This document shows, piece after piece, positions 13,405 through 25,020 of a stretch of 64,000 nucleotides of DNA (the stretch's first letter is position 1; every line of letters starts with the position of its first letter). Under the pieces are notes generated by a model. The model did not search any database and was not told where the DNA came from. It worked only from the letters and a program-made list of their open reading frames with translations. The translations under genes were made by a program, and so were the position numbers. The stretch is from Anaeramoeba ignava BMAN (lineage: Eukaryota; Protista; Anaeramoebae), in contig JAPDFW010000128.1 in the NCBI GenBank assembly GCA_028826165.1, forward strand, positions 1-64,000, written 5' to 3'.

Positions 13405-15204
13405 ATGAATGAAATTTTATTTTTTGGTTATAATCAATCTCCAAAACTTATCAAAAATGAACTAGATAAAATAAGAAAACCAATTCAATTTAAATTTGAA
13501 AATGAAAATGAAAATGAAAATGAAAATGAAAATGAAAAACAAATTAAACAAATTTCATCAGGTTTTTTTGGAACAATTTTACTTTTTAAAAATGGAAAAG
13601 CAATAGAATATCTAAAAGATTCAAAACAAAATCCTTCAAAAATCCAAATTGAAAATATTCAAAAAGTAACTGTTGGTTATCAAAATGAAGCTATTTTAAC
13701 AATAGAAGGAAATGTATTTGCCAAAGGAAGAGATATTAATCCAAAAAATCCAAAAGAATTTATCAATATTTCATCATTAATTGAAGATACAAATGATAGA
13801 ATAATTCAAGATGTTGTTTCTGGAGCTCATTCAATTTATTTATTAACTTCAAATCAAAATACTTATGGATTTGGTTATAATCAATTTGGTCAACTTGGTT
13901 TAGATTCTAAAACACTTGAAAAAACAGAAAAACCAATTTTAATGATGAAAAATGTTTCTAAAATATTTTCAGGAAATTGCTCAAGTCATATTTTTCTTTT
14001 AAATTCAAATCAAGAATTATTTGGATGCGGCGATAATAGATTTGATAAACTTGGATTAGGAAAATCAAGAAAAAAAGAAGAAAGAATCGATAAATTAACC
14101 AAAATCCAAAATATTCCAAAAGGCAAAATAATTGATATTCAATGTGGATATCATTATTCAATAATGTTGACTGAAAATGAAAATCAAAATCAAAATCCAA
14201 AAAGAAAACTTTATTCATGTGGTCATCATCAATATAATGGACTTGGCAAAAATAAATATATTTATGAATTTACTGAAATCAAATCATCTTTATTTGATGA
14301 TGATATTCTTGATTTTTCTGTTGGAGATAATTATACTTTGATTTTAACTTCCAAATCAAAATTGATAGGATTTGGAGATAATTATTTTGGTCAATTAGGA
14401 ACTGGAGATATAGAACATCAACAAATTCCAATTCAAATTGAACTTCCTAAATTAAGATTTAATAAAGATATTTCCAATTATCATATTTATTGTGGTTATT
14501 ACAAATCATTTCTTTATTATTCTCCTCCTTCTTTTTCCAATCTTGAAGAAGATTTGATAAAACTATTTGAAAGAAAAGAATTTTGTAATATTTCATTTAA
14601 AACCAAAAATGGAGAAATAATTAAAGCTCATAAATTAATATTGAAATATAGATTAAATCAAAATCAAAATCAAATTGAAAAACTTCAAGAAATTATTTCA
14701 AAAAAATCAATTAAAGAATCAAATCAAATATTTGAAATGATTTATTCAAATAGAATAATAAATACAATATTATATTCTGAAATTAAAGAAATTATAAATT
14801 TAAATGAAAAAATTGAAGAAACAATGAAAAGAATTTATTTAAATGAAAATGAAAATGAAAATGAAAATGAAAATGAAAAAGATTTTATAATTGAAAGAAA
14901 AGAAAAGAAATATAAATTTCCTAAATTAATATTAATAATGAGAAGTGAATTATATCGAGGAATGTTTTTATCTGTAACAGAAGATAAATCTAATAAAGTT
15001 AAAGATTATAGTGAATTAAGTAATAAATCATTTCAAATATTTGAATATTGGATTTATTCAAATCAAATTAAAGAAGGAATTCAAATTACACAAGAAATTA
15101 TTCAAGAATTAGAAACAGGAATTGATTATTTTCAATTAAATCAAACAAATCCAAATTTATTTGATTTATTAATTAACAAATTTAATAATCAAAATCAAAA
15201 TTAA
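13405..15204 (+). CDS. RCC1-repeat beta-propeller + tandem BTB/POZ protein, copy 1
   Basis: RCC1 motifs GxNxxGQLG, IIDIQCGxxHS, SVGxxxTLIL; BTB motifs FCNISF...AHKLILKYR and FPKLILIMRSELYRGMF...FEYWIYSN. Intronless, 599 aa. Confidence 0.92.
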   Translation: MNEILFFGYNQSPKLIKNELDKIRKPIQFKFENENENENENENEKQIKQISSGFFGTILLFKNGKAIEYLKDSKQNPSKIQIENIQKVTVGYQNEAILTIEGNVFAKGRDINPKNPKEFINISSLIEDTNDRIIQDVVSGAHSIYLLTSNQNTYGFGYNQFGQLGLDSKTLEKTEKPILMMKNVSKIFSGNCSSHIFLLNSNQELFGCGDNRFDKLGLGKSRKKEERIDKLTKIQNIPKGKIIDIQCGYHYSIMLTENENQNQNPKRKLYSCGHHQYNGLGKNKYIYEFTEIKSSLFDDDILDFSVGDNYTLILTSKSKLIGFGDNYFGQLGTGDIEHQQIPIQIELPKLRFNKDISNYHIYCGYYKSFLYYSPPSFSNLEEDLIKLFERKEFCNISFKTKNGEIIKAHKLILKYRLNQNQNQIEKLQEIISKKSIKESNQIFEMIYSNRIINTILYSEIKEIINLNEKIEETMKRIYLNENENENENENEKDFIIERKEKKYKFPKLILIMRSELYRGMFLSVTEDKSNKVKDYSELSNKSFQIFEYWIYSNQIKEGIQITQEIIQELETGIDYFQLNQTNPNLFDLLINKFNNQNQN

Positions 15205-15340
15205 AATAAAAATCAAAATTAAAATCAAAATTAAAATTAAAATTAAAATTAAAATTAAAATTAAAATTAAAATTAAAATTAAAATTAAAATTAAAATTAA
15301 AATTAAAATTAAAATTAAAATTAAAATTAAAATTAAAATT
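15205..15340. repeat. (TAAAAT)n spacer microsatellite; similar tracts at ~17203-17390, 18590-18890, 20945-21030, 22907-22995, 24873-24985 and in intron 5012-5277
   Basis: Directly visible hexamer arrays between every gene of the RCC1-BTB cluster. Confidence 0.9.
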
Positions 15341-15369
15341 CATTTTTTTCATTTTTTTCTTTTCTAAAA

Positions 15370-17202
15370 ATGAATGATTGTTTATTTTTTGGTGAAAATC
15401 AATTTCCAATTCTTATCAAAAATAAGTCATATCTAATCACAAAACCAATTCAATTTAAATTTGAAAATGAAAATGAAAATGAAAATGAAAATGAAAATGA
15501 AAATGAAAATGAAAATGAAAATGAAAAACAAATTAAACAAATTTCATCAAATTCGTTTGCAACAATTTTCCTTTTCAAAAATGGAAAAGCAATAGAATAT
15601 TTAAGAGATTCAAAACAAAATCCTTCAAAAATCCAAATTGAAAATATTCAAAAAGTATCTGTTGGTTATCGAAATGAAGCTATTTTAACAATAGAAGGAA
15701 ATATATTCGCAAAAGGATATCTAATTGATTCAAAAAATCCAAAAGAATTTATCAATATTTCATCATTAATTGAAGATACAAATGATAGAATAATTCAAGA
15801 TATTGTTTCTGGAATTGGTTCAATTTATTTATTAACTTCAAATCAAAATGCTTATGGAATTGGTTTAAATAGATCAGGTCAAATTGGTTTTGATTCTGAA
15901 AAATTTCCAAAAACAGAAAAACCAATTTTAATGATGGAAAATGTTTCTAAAATATTTTCAGGAAATTTGTCTTATCATGTTTTTCTTTTAAATTCAAATC
16001 AAGAATTATTTGGATGCGGATTGAATAGATATACACAACTTGGATTAGGAGAATCAAGAAAAGAAGAAACAATCGATAAATTAACCAAAATCCAAAATAT
16101 TCCAAAAGGCAAAATAATTGATATTCAATGTGGATATGGTCATTCAGTAATGTTGATTGAAAATGAAAATGAATATGAATATGAATATGAATATGAAGAT
16201 GTTGAAAATCCAAAAAGAAAACTTTATTCATGTGGATATTCTGAAAATAATGGACTTGAAAAATTTGAAGACACTGATGAATTTACTGAAATCAAATCAT
16301 TTTTATTTGAAAATGATGATAATATTCTTGAAATTTCTGTTAGTGATTATTATACTTTGATTTTAACTTCTAAATCAAAATTGATAGGATTTGGAATTAA
16401 TTCTTATGGTCAATTAGGAACTGGAGATACAAATAATCAACGAATTCCAATTCAAATTGAACTTCCTAAATTAAGATTTGATGAAGATATTTCTAATTAT
16501 CATCTTTCTTGTGGACTAAGGAAATCATTTCTTTATTATTCTCTTTTTTCTTTTTCCAATCTTGAAGAAGATTTGATAAAATTGTTTGGAAGAAAAGAAT
16601 TTTGTGATATTTCATTTAAAACAGAAAATGGAGAAATAATTGAAGCTCATAAATTAATATTGAAATATAGATTAAATCAAAATCAAGATGAAATTGAAAA
16701 ACTTAAAGAAATCATCTTAAATAAATCAATTAAAGAATCAAATCAAATATTTGAAATGATTTATTCAAATAATTCCAAAATAAATCCAAAATTATATTCT
16801 GAAATTAAAGAAATTATAAATTCCAATGAAAAAATTGAAGAAACAATGAAAAGAATTTATTTAAATGAAAATGAAAAAGATTTTATTATTGAAAGAAAAG
16901 AAAAACAATATAAATTTCCAAAATTAATATTAATAATGAGAAGTGAATTATATCGAGGAATGTTTTTATCTGTAATAAATGATACTTCTAATAAAGTTAG
17001 AGATTATAGTGAATTAAGTAATAAATCATTTCAAATATTTGAATATTGGATTTATTCAAATCAAATTAAAGAAGGAATTAAAATTACACAAGAAATTATT
17101 CAAGAATTAGAAACAGGAATTGATTATTTTCAATTAAATCAAACAAATCCAAATTTATTTGATTTATTAATTAAAAAATTTAATAATCATAATCATAATT
17201 AA
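15370..17202 (+). CDS. RCC1-repeat + BTB protein, copy 2
   Basis: Colinear paralog of 13405-15204, 610 aa. Confidence 0.92.
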   Translation: MNDCLFFGENQFPILIKNKSYLITKPIQFKFENENENENENENENENENENEKQIKQISSNSFATIFLFKNGKAIEYLRDSKQNPSKIQIENIQKVSVGYRNEAILTIEGNIFAKGYLIDSKNPKEFINISSLIEDTNDRIIQDIVSGIGSIYLLTSNQNAYGIGLNRSGQIGFDSEKFPKTEKPILMMENVSKIFSGNLSYHVFLLNSNQELFGCGLNRYTQLGLGESRKEETIDKLTKIQNIPKGKIIDIQCGYGHSVMLIENENEYEYEYEYEDVENPKRKLYSCGYSENNGLEKFEDTDEFTEIKSFLFENDDNILEISVSDYYTLILTSKSKLIGFGINSYGQLGTGDTNNQRIPIQIELPKLRFDEDISNYHLSCGLRKSFLYYSLFSFSNLEEDLIKLFGRKEFCDISFKTENGEIIEAHKLILKYRLNQNQDEIEKLKEIILNKSIKESNQIFEMIYSNNSKINPKLYSEIKEIINSNEKIEETMKRIYLNENEKDFIIERKEKQYKFPKLILIMRSELYRGMFLSVINDTSNKVRDYSELSNKSFQIFEYWIYSNQIKEGIKITQEIIQELETGIDYFQLNQTNPNLFDLLIKKFNNHNHN

Positions 17203-17428
17203 AATTAAAATTAAAATTAAAATTAAAATTAAAATTAATATTAAAAATCAAAACTAAAATTAAAATCAAAATTAAAATTAAAATTAAAATTAAAATTAAA
17301 ATCAAAATTAAAATTAATATTAAAATTAAAATTAAAATTAAAATTAAAATTAAAATCAAAATTAAAATTAAAATCAAAATTAAAATTAAAAATTTTTTCA
17401 TTTTTTTCTTTTCAAATTTTAAATAAAA

Positions 17429-18571
17429 ATGGATAATTATGATTTTGAAAATATTCAGTCATTAGTTATTGATAATGGATCAGGAATGATAAAAGCAGGA
17501 TTTGCAGGAGATGATGCACCAAGAGCAGTTTTCCCGACAATTGTAGGAAGATTAAGACACGAAGAGATTATGATTGGAATGGATCAAAATAAATCATATG
17601 TAGGAGATGAAGCCGAATACAAAAGGGGATTTTCAACAATAAATTATCCAATAGAACATGGAATAGTGAGAAATTGGGAGGAAATGGAAAAAATATGGAA
17701 TCATACATTTTATAATGAATTAAAAGTAGCACCTGAAGAACATCCTGTTTTATTAACGGAATCAATATTGAATCCAAAAAGGAATAGAGAAAAAATGACT
17801 GAGATTATGTTTGAAACTTTCAAACTCCCAGCGTTTTATGTTGCAATCACAGGAATATTATCAGTTTATTCTTCAGGAAGAAATACAGCAATGAATATTG
17901 AAATGGGTGATGGAGTTTGTTTTACTTTTCCCGTTATTGAGGGATATACTTTGCCTCATACAATCACAAAAATCAATTTGGCTGGAAGAGATTTAACTGA
18001 TTATTTAATCCAAAATTTAACTAGAAGAGGATATTTTTTTGAAAATAGTTCACAAAGAGAAATTGTTAAAGATATTAAAGAAAAACTTTGTTATATTGCT
18101 TATGATTTTGAACAGGAAATCCAAAATGCAAATGAATTCCAATCTTCAATTCAGAAACCTTATGAATTGCCTGATGGAAATATTATCACAATTGGAAACG
18201 AAAGATTTACAATCCCTGAAGCTTTGTTTAATCCTTCTTTGATTGGAAAAGATCACAAAGGAATTCATCAAGTGCTTTTTGATTCAATTAACAAATGTGA
18301 TTTGGAAATGAGAAAAGATTTTTATTCAAATATTCTGATTTCTGGTGGATCTTCAATGTTTCAAGGAATTCAAGACAGAATTGAAAAAGAAGTTTCAAAA
18401 TTAGCTCCAAAAAATATGAAAATAAAAATTATTGCTCCTCCTGAAAGGAAATATTCTGTTTGGATTGGTGGATCAATTTTGGCTTCTCTTTCTACTTTTC
18501 AACAAATGTGGATTTTAAAAAAAGAATTTGACGAATTTGGTTCTTCTATTGTTCACAAAAAATGTTTTTGA
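17429..18571 (+). CDS. Divergent actin paralog, intronless
   Basis: [75 protein letters not shown]-terminal HKKCF; many substitutions relative to conventional actin. Confidence 0.95.
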   Translation: MDNYDFENIQSLVIDNGSGMIKAGFAGDDAPRAVFPTIVGRLRHEEIMIGMDQNKSYVGDEAEYKRGFSTINYPIEHGIVRNWEEMEKIWNHTFYNELKVAPEEHPVLLTESILNPKRNREKMTEIMFETFKLPAFYVAITGILSVYSSGRNTAMNIEMGDGVCFTFPVIEGYTLPHTITKINLAGRDLTDYLIQNLTRRGYFFENSSQREIVKDIKEKLCYIAYDFEQEIQNANEFQSSIQKPYELPDGNIITIGNERFTIPEALFNPSLIGKDHKGIHQVLFDSINKCDLEMRKDFYSNILISGGSSMFQGIQDRIEKEVSKLAPKNMKIKIIAPPERKYSVWIGGSILASLSTFQQMWILKKEFDEFGSSIVHKKCF

Positions 18572-18922
18572 ATCCGAATCCGAATCCAAATCAAAATCAA
18601 AATTAAAATTAAAATTAAAATTAAAAATTAAAATTAAAATCAAAATTAAAATTAAAATTAAAATTTAAATTAAAATTAAAATTAAAATTAAAATTAAAAT
18701 TAAAATTAAAATTAAAATTAAAATTAAAATTAAAATTAAAATTAAAATTAAAATTAAAATTAAAATTAAAATTAAAATTAAAATTAAAATCAAAATTAAA
18801 ATTAAAATTAAAATTAAAATTAAAAATTAAAATTAAAATTAAAATTAAAATTAAAATTAAAATTAAAATTAAAATTAAAATTAAAATCCAAAAATATTTT
18901 TTTCATTTTTTTCTTTTTTAAA

Positions 18923-20929
18923 ATGAATGAAATTTTATTTTGGGGAAGAAATAAATTTCCAATTCTTTTCAAAAATAAACCAGAAGAAATAATAAAACCA
19001 ATTCAATTTAAATTTGAAAATGAAAATGAAAATGTAAAACAAATTAAACAAATTTTTTCAGGTTATTCTTCAGTAGTTTTCCTTTTCGAAAATGGAAAAG
19101 CAATAAAATATTCAAATGAAGAAAATGATTCAAATCCAAAACCTTCAAAAATGCCAATTAAAAATATTCAAAAAGTATCTGTTGGTCATTTTATTGAAAC
19201 TATTTTAACAATAGAAGGAAATTTATTTGCCAAAGGATATTATATAAATTCAAAAAATCCAAAAGAATTTACTAATATTTCATCATTAATTGAAGATACA
19301 AATGATAGAATAATTGAAGATTTTGTTTCTGGAGATAGTGCAATTTACTTATTAACTTCAAATCAAAATGCTTATGGAATTGGCTTCAATGAATATGCTA
19401 AACTTGGAGTTGATCCTAAAAAACTTCCAAAATCAGAAGAACCAATTTTAATGATGAAAAATGTTTCTAAAATATTTTCAGGAACTTCTTCAATTTCCGT
19501 TTTTCTTTTAAATTCAAATCAAGAATTATTTGGATGCGGATATAATTATGATTATCAACTTGGATTAGGAAAATCAAGAAGAGCAACAACAATCGATAAA
19601 TTAACCCAAATACAAAATATTCCAAAAGGCAAAATAATTGATATTCAATGTGGATTTTATCATTCAATAATGTTGATTGAAAATGAAAATGAAAATCCAA
19701 AAAGAAAACTTTATTCATGTGGGTATTATAGATATAATGGACTTGGACAAGATAAAGGATATACTTATGAATTTACTGAAATCAAATCATCTTTATTTGA
19801 AAATGATTATATTCTTGAAATTTCTGTTGGATTTATTGAGACTTTGATTTTAACTTCTAATTCAAAATTAATAGAATTTGGAGATAATAATTGGGGTCAA
19901 TTAGGAGATGATAATAATAAATATCGGTTAATTCCAATTCAAGTTGAGCATTCTGAATTAAAATTTAATGAAGATATTTCCAATTATCATATTTCTTGTG
20001 GATATCACAAATCATTTATTTATTATTCTCCTTCTTTTTCCAATCTTGAAGAAGATTTGATAAAATTATTTGAAAGAAAAGAATTTTGTGATATTTCATT
20101 TAAAACCAAAAATGGAGAAATAATTGAAGCTCATAAATTAATATTGAAATATAGATTAAAAGATGAAAATCAAAATGAAAAACTTCAAGAAATTATTTCA
20201 AAAAAATCAATTAAAGAATCAAATCAAATATTTGAAATGATTTATTCAAACAGAATAATAAATCCAAAATTATATTCAGAAATTAAAGAAATTATAAATT
20301 CAAATGAAAAAATTGAAGAAACAATGAAAAGAATTTATTTAAATGAAATTGAAAATGAAAATGAAAAAGATTTTATTATTGAAAGAAAAGAAAAACAATA
20401 TAAATTTCCTAAATTAATATTAATAATGAGAAGTGAATTATATCGAGGAATGTTTTTATCTGTAACTGATGATACTTCAAATAAAGTTACAGATTATAGT
20501 GAATTAAGTAATAAATCATTTCAAATATTTGAATATTGGATTTATTCAAATCAAATTAAAGATGGAATTAAAATTACACAAGAAATAATTAATGAAATTC
20601 AAATTGGAATTGATTATTTTCAATTAAATCAAACAAATCCAAATTTATTTGATTTATTAATTAAAAAATTTAATAATCAAAATCCAAAAAAAAAAGAAAA
20701 AGAAGAACGAAAAAAAAAACAAAAACAAAAAGAAAAAGAAGAAAAAGAAAAACGAGAACAAGAAAAACGAGAACAAGAAAAACGAGAACAAGAAAAACGA
20801 GAACAAGAAATCCAAAAACAAAAAGAACAAGAAGAAAAAGAAAAAGAAGAAAAAGAAGAACAAGAAATCCAAAAACAAAAAGAAAGAGAAATATTAAAAA
20901 GAAAACAGAAAAAATGTTCGATTTTTTGA
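18923..20929 (+). CDS. RCC1-repeat + BTB protein, copy 3, with charged coiled-coil tail and CaaX-like end (CSIF)
   Basis: Same scaffold as the other copies plus an (EQEKR)n extension ending KRKQKKCSIF. Confidence 0.92.
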   Translation: MNEILFWGRNKFPILFKNKPEEIIKPIQFKFENENENVKQIKQIFSGYSSVVFLFENGKAIKYSNEENDSNPKPSKMPIKNIQKVSVGHFIETILTIEGNLFAKGYYINSKNPKEFTNISSLIEDTNDRIIEDFVSGDSAIYLLTSNQNAYGIGFNEYAKLGVDPKKLPKSEEPILMMKNVSKIFSGTSSISVFLLNSNQELFGCGYNYDYQLGLGKSRRATTIDKLTQIQNIPKGKIIDIQCGFYHSIMLIENENENPKRKLYSCGYYRYNGLGQDKGYTYEFTEIKSSLFENDYILEISVGFIETLILTSNSKLIEFGDNNWGQLGDDNNKYRLIPIQVEHSELKFNEDISNYHISCGYHKSFIYYSPSFSNLEEDLIKLFERKEFCDISFKTKNGEIIEAHKLILKYRLKDENQNEKLQEIISKKSIKESNQIFEMIYSNRIINPKLYSEIKEIINSNEKIEETMKRIYLNEIENENEKDFIIERKEKQYKFPKLILIMRSELYRGMFLSVTDDTSNKVTDYSELSNKSFQIFEYWIYSNQIKDGIKITQEIINEIQIGIDYFQLNQTNPNLFDLLIKKFNNQNPKKKEKEERKKKQKQKEKEEKEKREQEKREQEKREQEKREQEIQKQKEQEEKEKEEKEEQEIQKQKEREILKRKQKKCSIF

Positions 20930-21070
20930 AAAGAAATTATTAATAAAATTAAAAATCAAAATTAAAATCAAAATCAAAATCCAAATTAAAATCAAAATCA
21001 AAATCAAAATTAAAATCATAATTAAAAACCAAAATCAATATTCATTTTTCATTTTTTTTCTTTTCTAAAA

Positions 21071-22906
21071 ATGAATGATTGTTTATTTTTTGGTCAAAAT
21101 GAATATCCAATTCTTATCAAAAATAAACCAGATAAAATAATAAAACCAATTCAATTTAAATTTGAAAATGAAAATGAAAATGAAAATGAAAATGAAAATG
21201 AAAATGAAAATGAAAATGAAAATGAAAATGAAAATGAAAATGAAATTAAACAAATTTCATCAGGAAATTTTTCAACAATTTTCCTTTTTAAAAATGGAAA
21301 AGCAATAGAATATTTAAATGAAAATGATTCAAAACAAAATCCTTCAAAAATTCAAATTGAAGAAAATATTCAAAAAGTAACTGTTGGTTATCGAAATGAA
21401 GCTATTTTAACAATAGAAGGAAATGTATTTTCCAAAGGAAGTGATATTAATTCAAAAAATCTAAATGAATTTATCAATATTTCATCATTAATTGAAGATA
21501 AAAATAATAGAATAATTCAAGATATTGTTTCTGGATTAAGTTCAATTTATTTATTAACTTCAAATCAAAATGCTTATGGAATTGGTTCAAATTATTGGTG
21601 TCAACTTGGTTTTGATTATGAAACACTTAAAGAAACAGAAAAACCAATTTTAATGATGGAAAATGTTTCTAAAATATTTTCAGGAAATAATTCACGTCAT
21701 GTTTTTCTTTTAAATTCAAATCAAGAATTATTTGGATGTGGTTGGAATGAACATGCTCAACTTGGATTAGGAGAATCAAGAAAAAAAGAAACAAAAATCC
21801 AAAAATTAACCAAAATCCAAAATATTCCAAAAGGTAAAATAATTGATATTCAATGTGGTGATTATCATTCCATAATGTTGATTGAAGATGAAAATGAAAA
21901 CACAAAAAGAAAACTTTATTCATGTGGATATTATTCATATAATGGACTTGGCAAAGATCAAAATACAAAAGAATTTACTGAAATCAAATCATCTTTATTT
22001 GAAAATGATAATAATATTCTTGATTTTTCTGTTGGAAGTGCTCATACTTTGATTTTAACATCTAAAGGGAAAGTGATAGGATTTGGACATAATGAACTTG
22101 GCCAATTAGGAAGTGGAGATACAAAAAATCAATTAATTCCAATTCAAATTGAACTTCCTAAATTAAGATTTAATGAAAATATTTCCAACTATCATATTTA
22201 TTGTGGATATTACAGATCATTTATTTATTATTATTCTCCTTCTTTTTCCAATCTTGAAGAAGATTTGATAAAATTATTTAAAAGAAAAGAATTTTGTAAT
22301 ATTTCATTTAAAACAGAAACTGGAGAAATAATCAAAGTTCATAAATTAATATTGAAATATAGATTAAATCAAAATCAAAATCAAATTGAAAAACTTAAAG
22401 AAATTATTTCAAAAAAATCAATTAAAGAATCAAATCAAATATTTGAAATGATTTATTCAAATAATTCCAAAATAAATCCAAAATTATATTTTGAAATTAA
22501 AGAAATTATAAATTCAAATGAAAAAATTGAAGAAACAATGAAAAGAATTTATTTAAATGAAAATGAAAATGAAAATGAAAAAGATTTTATAATTGAAAGA
22601 AAAGAAAAGAAATATAAATTTCCTAAATTAATATTAATAATGAGAAGTGAATTATATCGAGGAATGTTTTTATCTGTTACAGATGATACTTCTAATAAAG
22701 TTACAGATTATAGTGAATTAAGTAATAAATCATTTGAAATATTTGAATATTGGATTTATTCAAATCAAATTAAAGATGAAATTCAAATTACACAAGAAAT
22801 AATTGATGAAATAGAAACAGGAATTGATTATTTTCAATTAAATCAAACAAATCCAAATTTATTTGATTTATTAATTAATAAATTTAATAATCAAAATCAA
22901 AATTAA
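21071..22906 (+). CDS. RCC1-repeat + BTB protein, copy 4
   Basis: Colinear paralog, 611 aa. Confidence 0.92.
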   Translation: MNDCLFFGQNEYPILIKNKPDKIIKPIQFKFENENENENENENENENENENENENENEIKQISSGNFSTIFLFKNGKAIEYLNENDSKQNPSKIQIEENIQKVTVGYRNEAILTIEGNVFSKGSDINSKNLNEFINISSLIEDKNNRIIQDIVSGLSSIYLLTSNQNAYGIGSNYWCQLGFDYETLKETEKPILMMENVSKIFSGNNSRHVFLLNSNQELFGCGWNEHAQLGLGESRKKETKIQKLTKIQNIPKGKIIDIQCGDYHSIMLIEDENENTKRKLYSCGYYSYNGLGKDQNTKEFTEIKSSLFENDNNILDFSVGSAHTLILTSKGKVIGFGHNELGQLGSGDTKNQLIPIQIELPKLRFNENISNYHIYCGYYRSFIYYYSPSFSNLEEDLIKLFKRKEFCNISFKTETGEIIKVHKLILKYRLNQNQNQIEKLKEIISKKSIKESNQIFEMIYSNNSKINPKLYFEIKEIINSNEKIEETMKRIYLNENENENEKDFIIERKEKKYKFPKLILIMRSELYRGMFLSVTDDTSNKVTDYSELSNKSFEIFEYWIYSNQIKDEIQITQEIIDEIETGIDYFQLNQTNPNLFDLLINKFNNQNQN

Positions 22907-23030
22907 AATTAAAATCAAAATCAAAATTAAAATTAAAATTAAAATTTAAAATTAAAATTAAAATTAAAATTAAAATTAAAATCAAAATTAAAATTCCAAA
23001 AATATTTTTTTCATTTTTTTCTTTTCAAAA

Positions 23031-24872
23031 ATGAATGATTGTTTATTTTGGGGTGAAAATGAATATCCAATTCTTATCAAAAATAAACCAAATAAAATAA
23101 TAAAACCAATTCAATTTAAATTTGAAAATGAAAATGAAAATGAAAATGAAAATGAAAATGAAAATGAAAACGAAAATGAAAATGAAAATGAAAATGAAAA
23201 TAAAAAACAAATTAAACAAATTTCATCAGGAATATTTTCAACAATTTTCCTTTTTGAAAATGGAAAAGCAATAGAATATTTAAATGAAAATGATTCAAAT
23301 CAAAATCTTGAAAAAATTCAAATTGAAGAAAATATTCAAAAAGTAACTGTTGGTTATCGAAATGAAGCTATTTTAACAATAGAAGGAAATGTATTTGCCA
23401 AAGGAAGTGATATTAATCTAAAAAATCCAAATGAATTTATCAATATTTCATCATTAATTGAAGATAAAAATGATAGAATAATTCAAGATATTGTTTCTGG
23501 ATTAAGTTCAATTTATTTATTAACTTCAAATCAAAATGCTTATGGAATTGGTTCAAATTATTGGTGCCAACTTGGTTTTGATTATGAAACACTTGAAGAA
23601 ACAGAAAAACCAATTTTAATGATGAAAAATGTTTCTAAAATATTTTCAAGAATTTCTTCACGTCATGTTTTTCTTTTAAATTCAAATCAAGAATTATTTG
23701 GATGTGGTTGGAATGAACATGCTCAAGTTGGATTAGGAGAATCAAGAAAAAAAGAAAGAAAAATCCAAAAATTAACCAAAATCCAAAGTATTCCAAAAGG
23801 CAAAATAATTGATATTCAATGTGGAATATATCATTCAATAATGTTGATTGAAGATGAAAACACAAAAAGAAAACTTTATTCATGTGGAAATTATTCATAT
23901 AATGGACTTGGCAAAGATCAAAATACTTATGAATTTACTGAAATCAAATCATCTTTATTTGAAAATGATAATAATATTCTTGATTTTTCTGTTGGAAGTG
24001 CTCATACTTTGATTTTAACATCTAAAGGGAAAGTGATAGGATTTGGACATAATGAATTTGGCCAATTAGGAACTGGAAATACAAAAAATCAATCAATTCC
24101 AATTCAAATTGAACTTCCTAAATTAAGATTTAATGAAGATATTTCCAATTATCATATTTATTGTGGTGCTTATAGATCATTTATTTATTATTCTCCTCCT
24201 TCTTTTTCCAATCTTGAAGAAGATTTGATAAAATTATTTAGAAGAAAAGAATTTTGTAATATTTCATTTAAAACCAAAAATGGAGAAATAATCAAAGCTC
24301 ATAAATTAATATTAAAATATAGATTAAATCAAAATCAAAATCAAATTGAAAAACTTCAAGAAATTATTTCAAATAAATCAATTAAAGAATCAAATCAAAT
24401 ATTTGAAATGATTTATTCAAACAATTCCAAAATAAATCCAAAATTATATTCTGAAATTAAAGAAATTATAAATTCAAATGAAAAAATTGAAGAAACAATG
24501 AAAAGAATTTATTTAAATGAAAATGAAAATGAAAATGAAAATGAAAAAGATTTTATTATTGAAAGAAAAGAAAAACAATATAAATTTCCAAAATTAATAT
24601 TAATAATGAGAAGTGAATTATATCGAGGAATGTTTTTATCTGTAATAAATGATACTTCTAATAAAGTTACAGATTATAGTGAATTAAGTAATAAATCATT
24701 TCAAATATTTGAATATTGGATTTATTCAAATCAAATTAAAGATGAAATTCAAATTACACAAGAAATTATTGATGAAATTCAAATTGGAATTGATTATTTT
24801 CAATTAAATCAAACAAATCCAAATTTATTTGATTTATTAATTAATAAATTTAATAATCAAAATCAAAATTAA
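23031..24872 (+). CDS. RCC1-repeat + BTB protein, copy 5 (closest to copy 4)
   Basis: Colinear paralog, 613 aa; shares most variable loops with copy 4. Confidence 0.92.
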   Translation: MNDCLFWGENEYPILIKNKPNKIIKPIQFKFENENENENENENENENENENENENENKKQIKQISSGIFSTIFLFENGKAIEYLNENDSNQNLEKIQIEENIQKVTVGYRNEAILTIEGNVFAKGSDINLKNPNEFINISSLIEDKNDRIIQDIVSGLSSIYLLTSNQNAYGIGSNYWCQLGFDYETLEETEKPILMMKNVSKIFSRISSRHVFLLNSNQELFGCGWNEHAQVGLGESRKKERKIQKLTKIQSIPKGKIIDIQCGIYHSIMLIEDENTKRKLYSCGNYSYNGLGKDQNTYEFTEIKSSLFENDNNILDFSVGSAHTLILTSKGKVIGFGHNEFGQLGTGNTKNQSIPIQIELPKLRFNEDISNYHIYCGAYRSFIYYSPPSFSNLEEDLIKLFRRKEFCNISFKTKNGEIIKAHKLILKYRLNQNQNQIEKLQEIISNKSIKESNQIFEMIYSNNSKINPKLYSEIKEIINSNEKIEETMKRIYLNENENENENEKDFIIERKEKQYKFPKLILIMRSELYRGMFLSVINDTSNKVTDYSELSNKSFQIFEYWIYSNQIKDEIQITQEIIDEIQIGIDYFQLNQTNPNLFDLLINKFNNQNQN

Positions 24873-25020
24873 AATCAAAATTAAAATCAAAATTAAAATT
24901 AAAATTAAAATTAAAAATTAAAATTAAAATTAAAATCAAAACCAAAATTAAAATTAAAATTAAAATTAAAATCAAAATTAAAATTCCAAAAATATTTTTT
25001 TCATTTTTTTCTTTTCAAAA

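Noticed and set aside
13958-23898. Recurrent antisense ORFs (MNKVFFLDF...) in each RCC1-BTB copy
   Set aside because: Shadow frames conserved only because the sense genes are duplicates; their lengths follow sense-strand indels.
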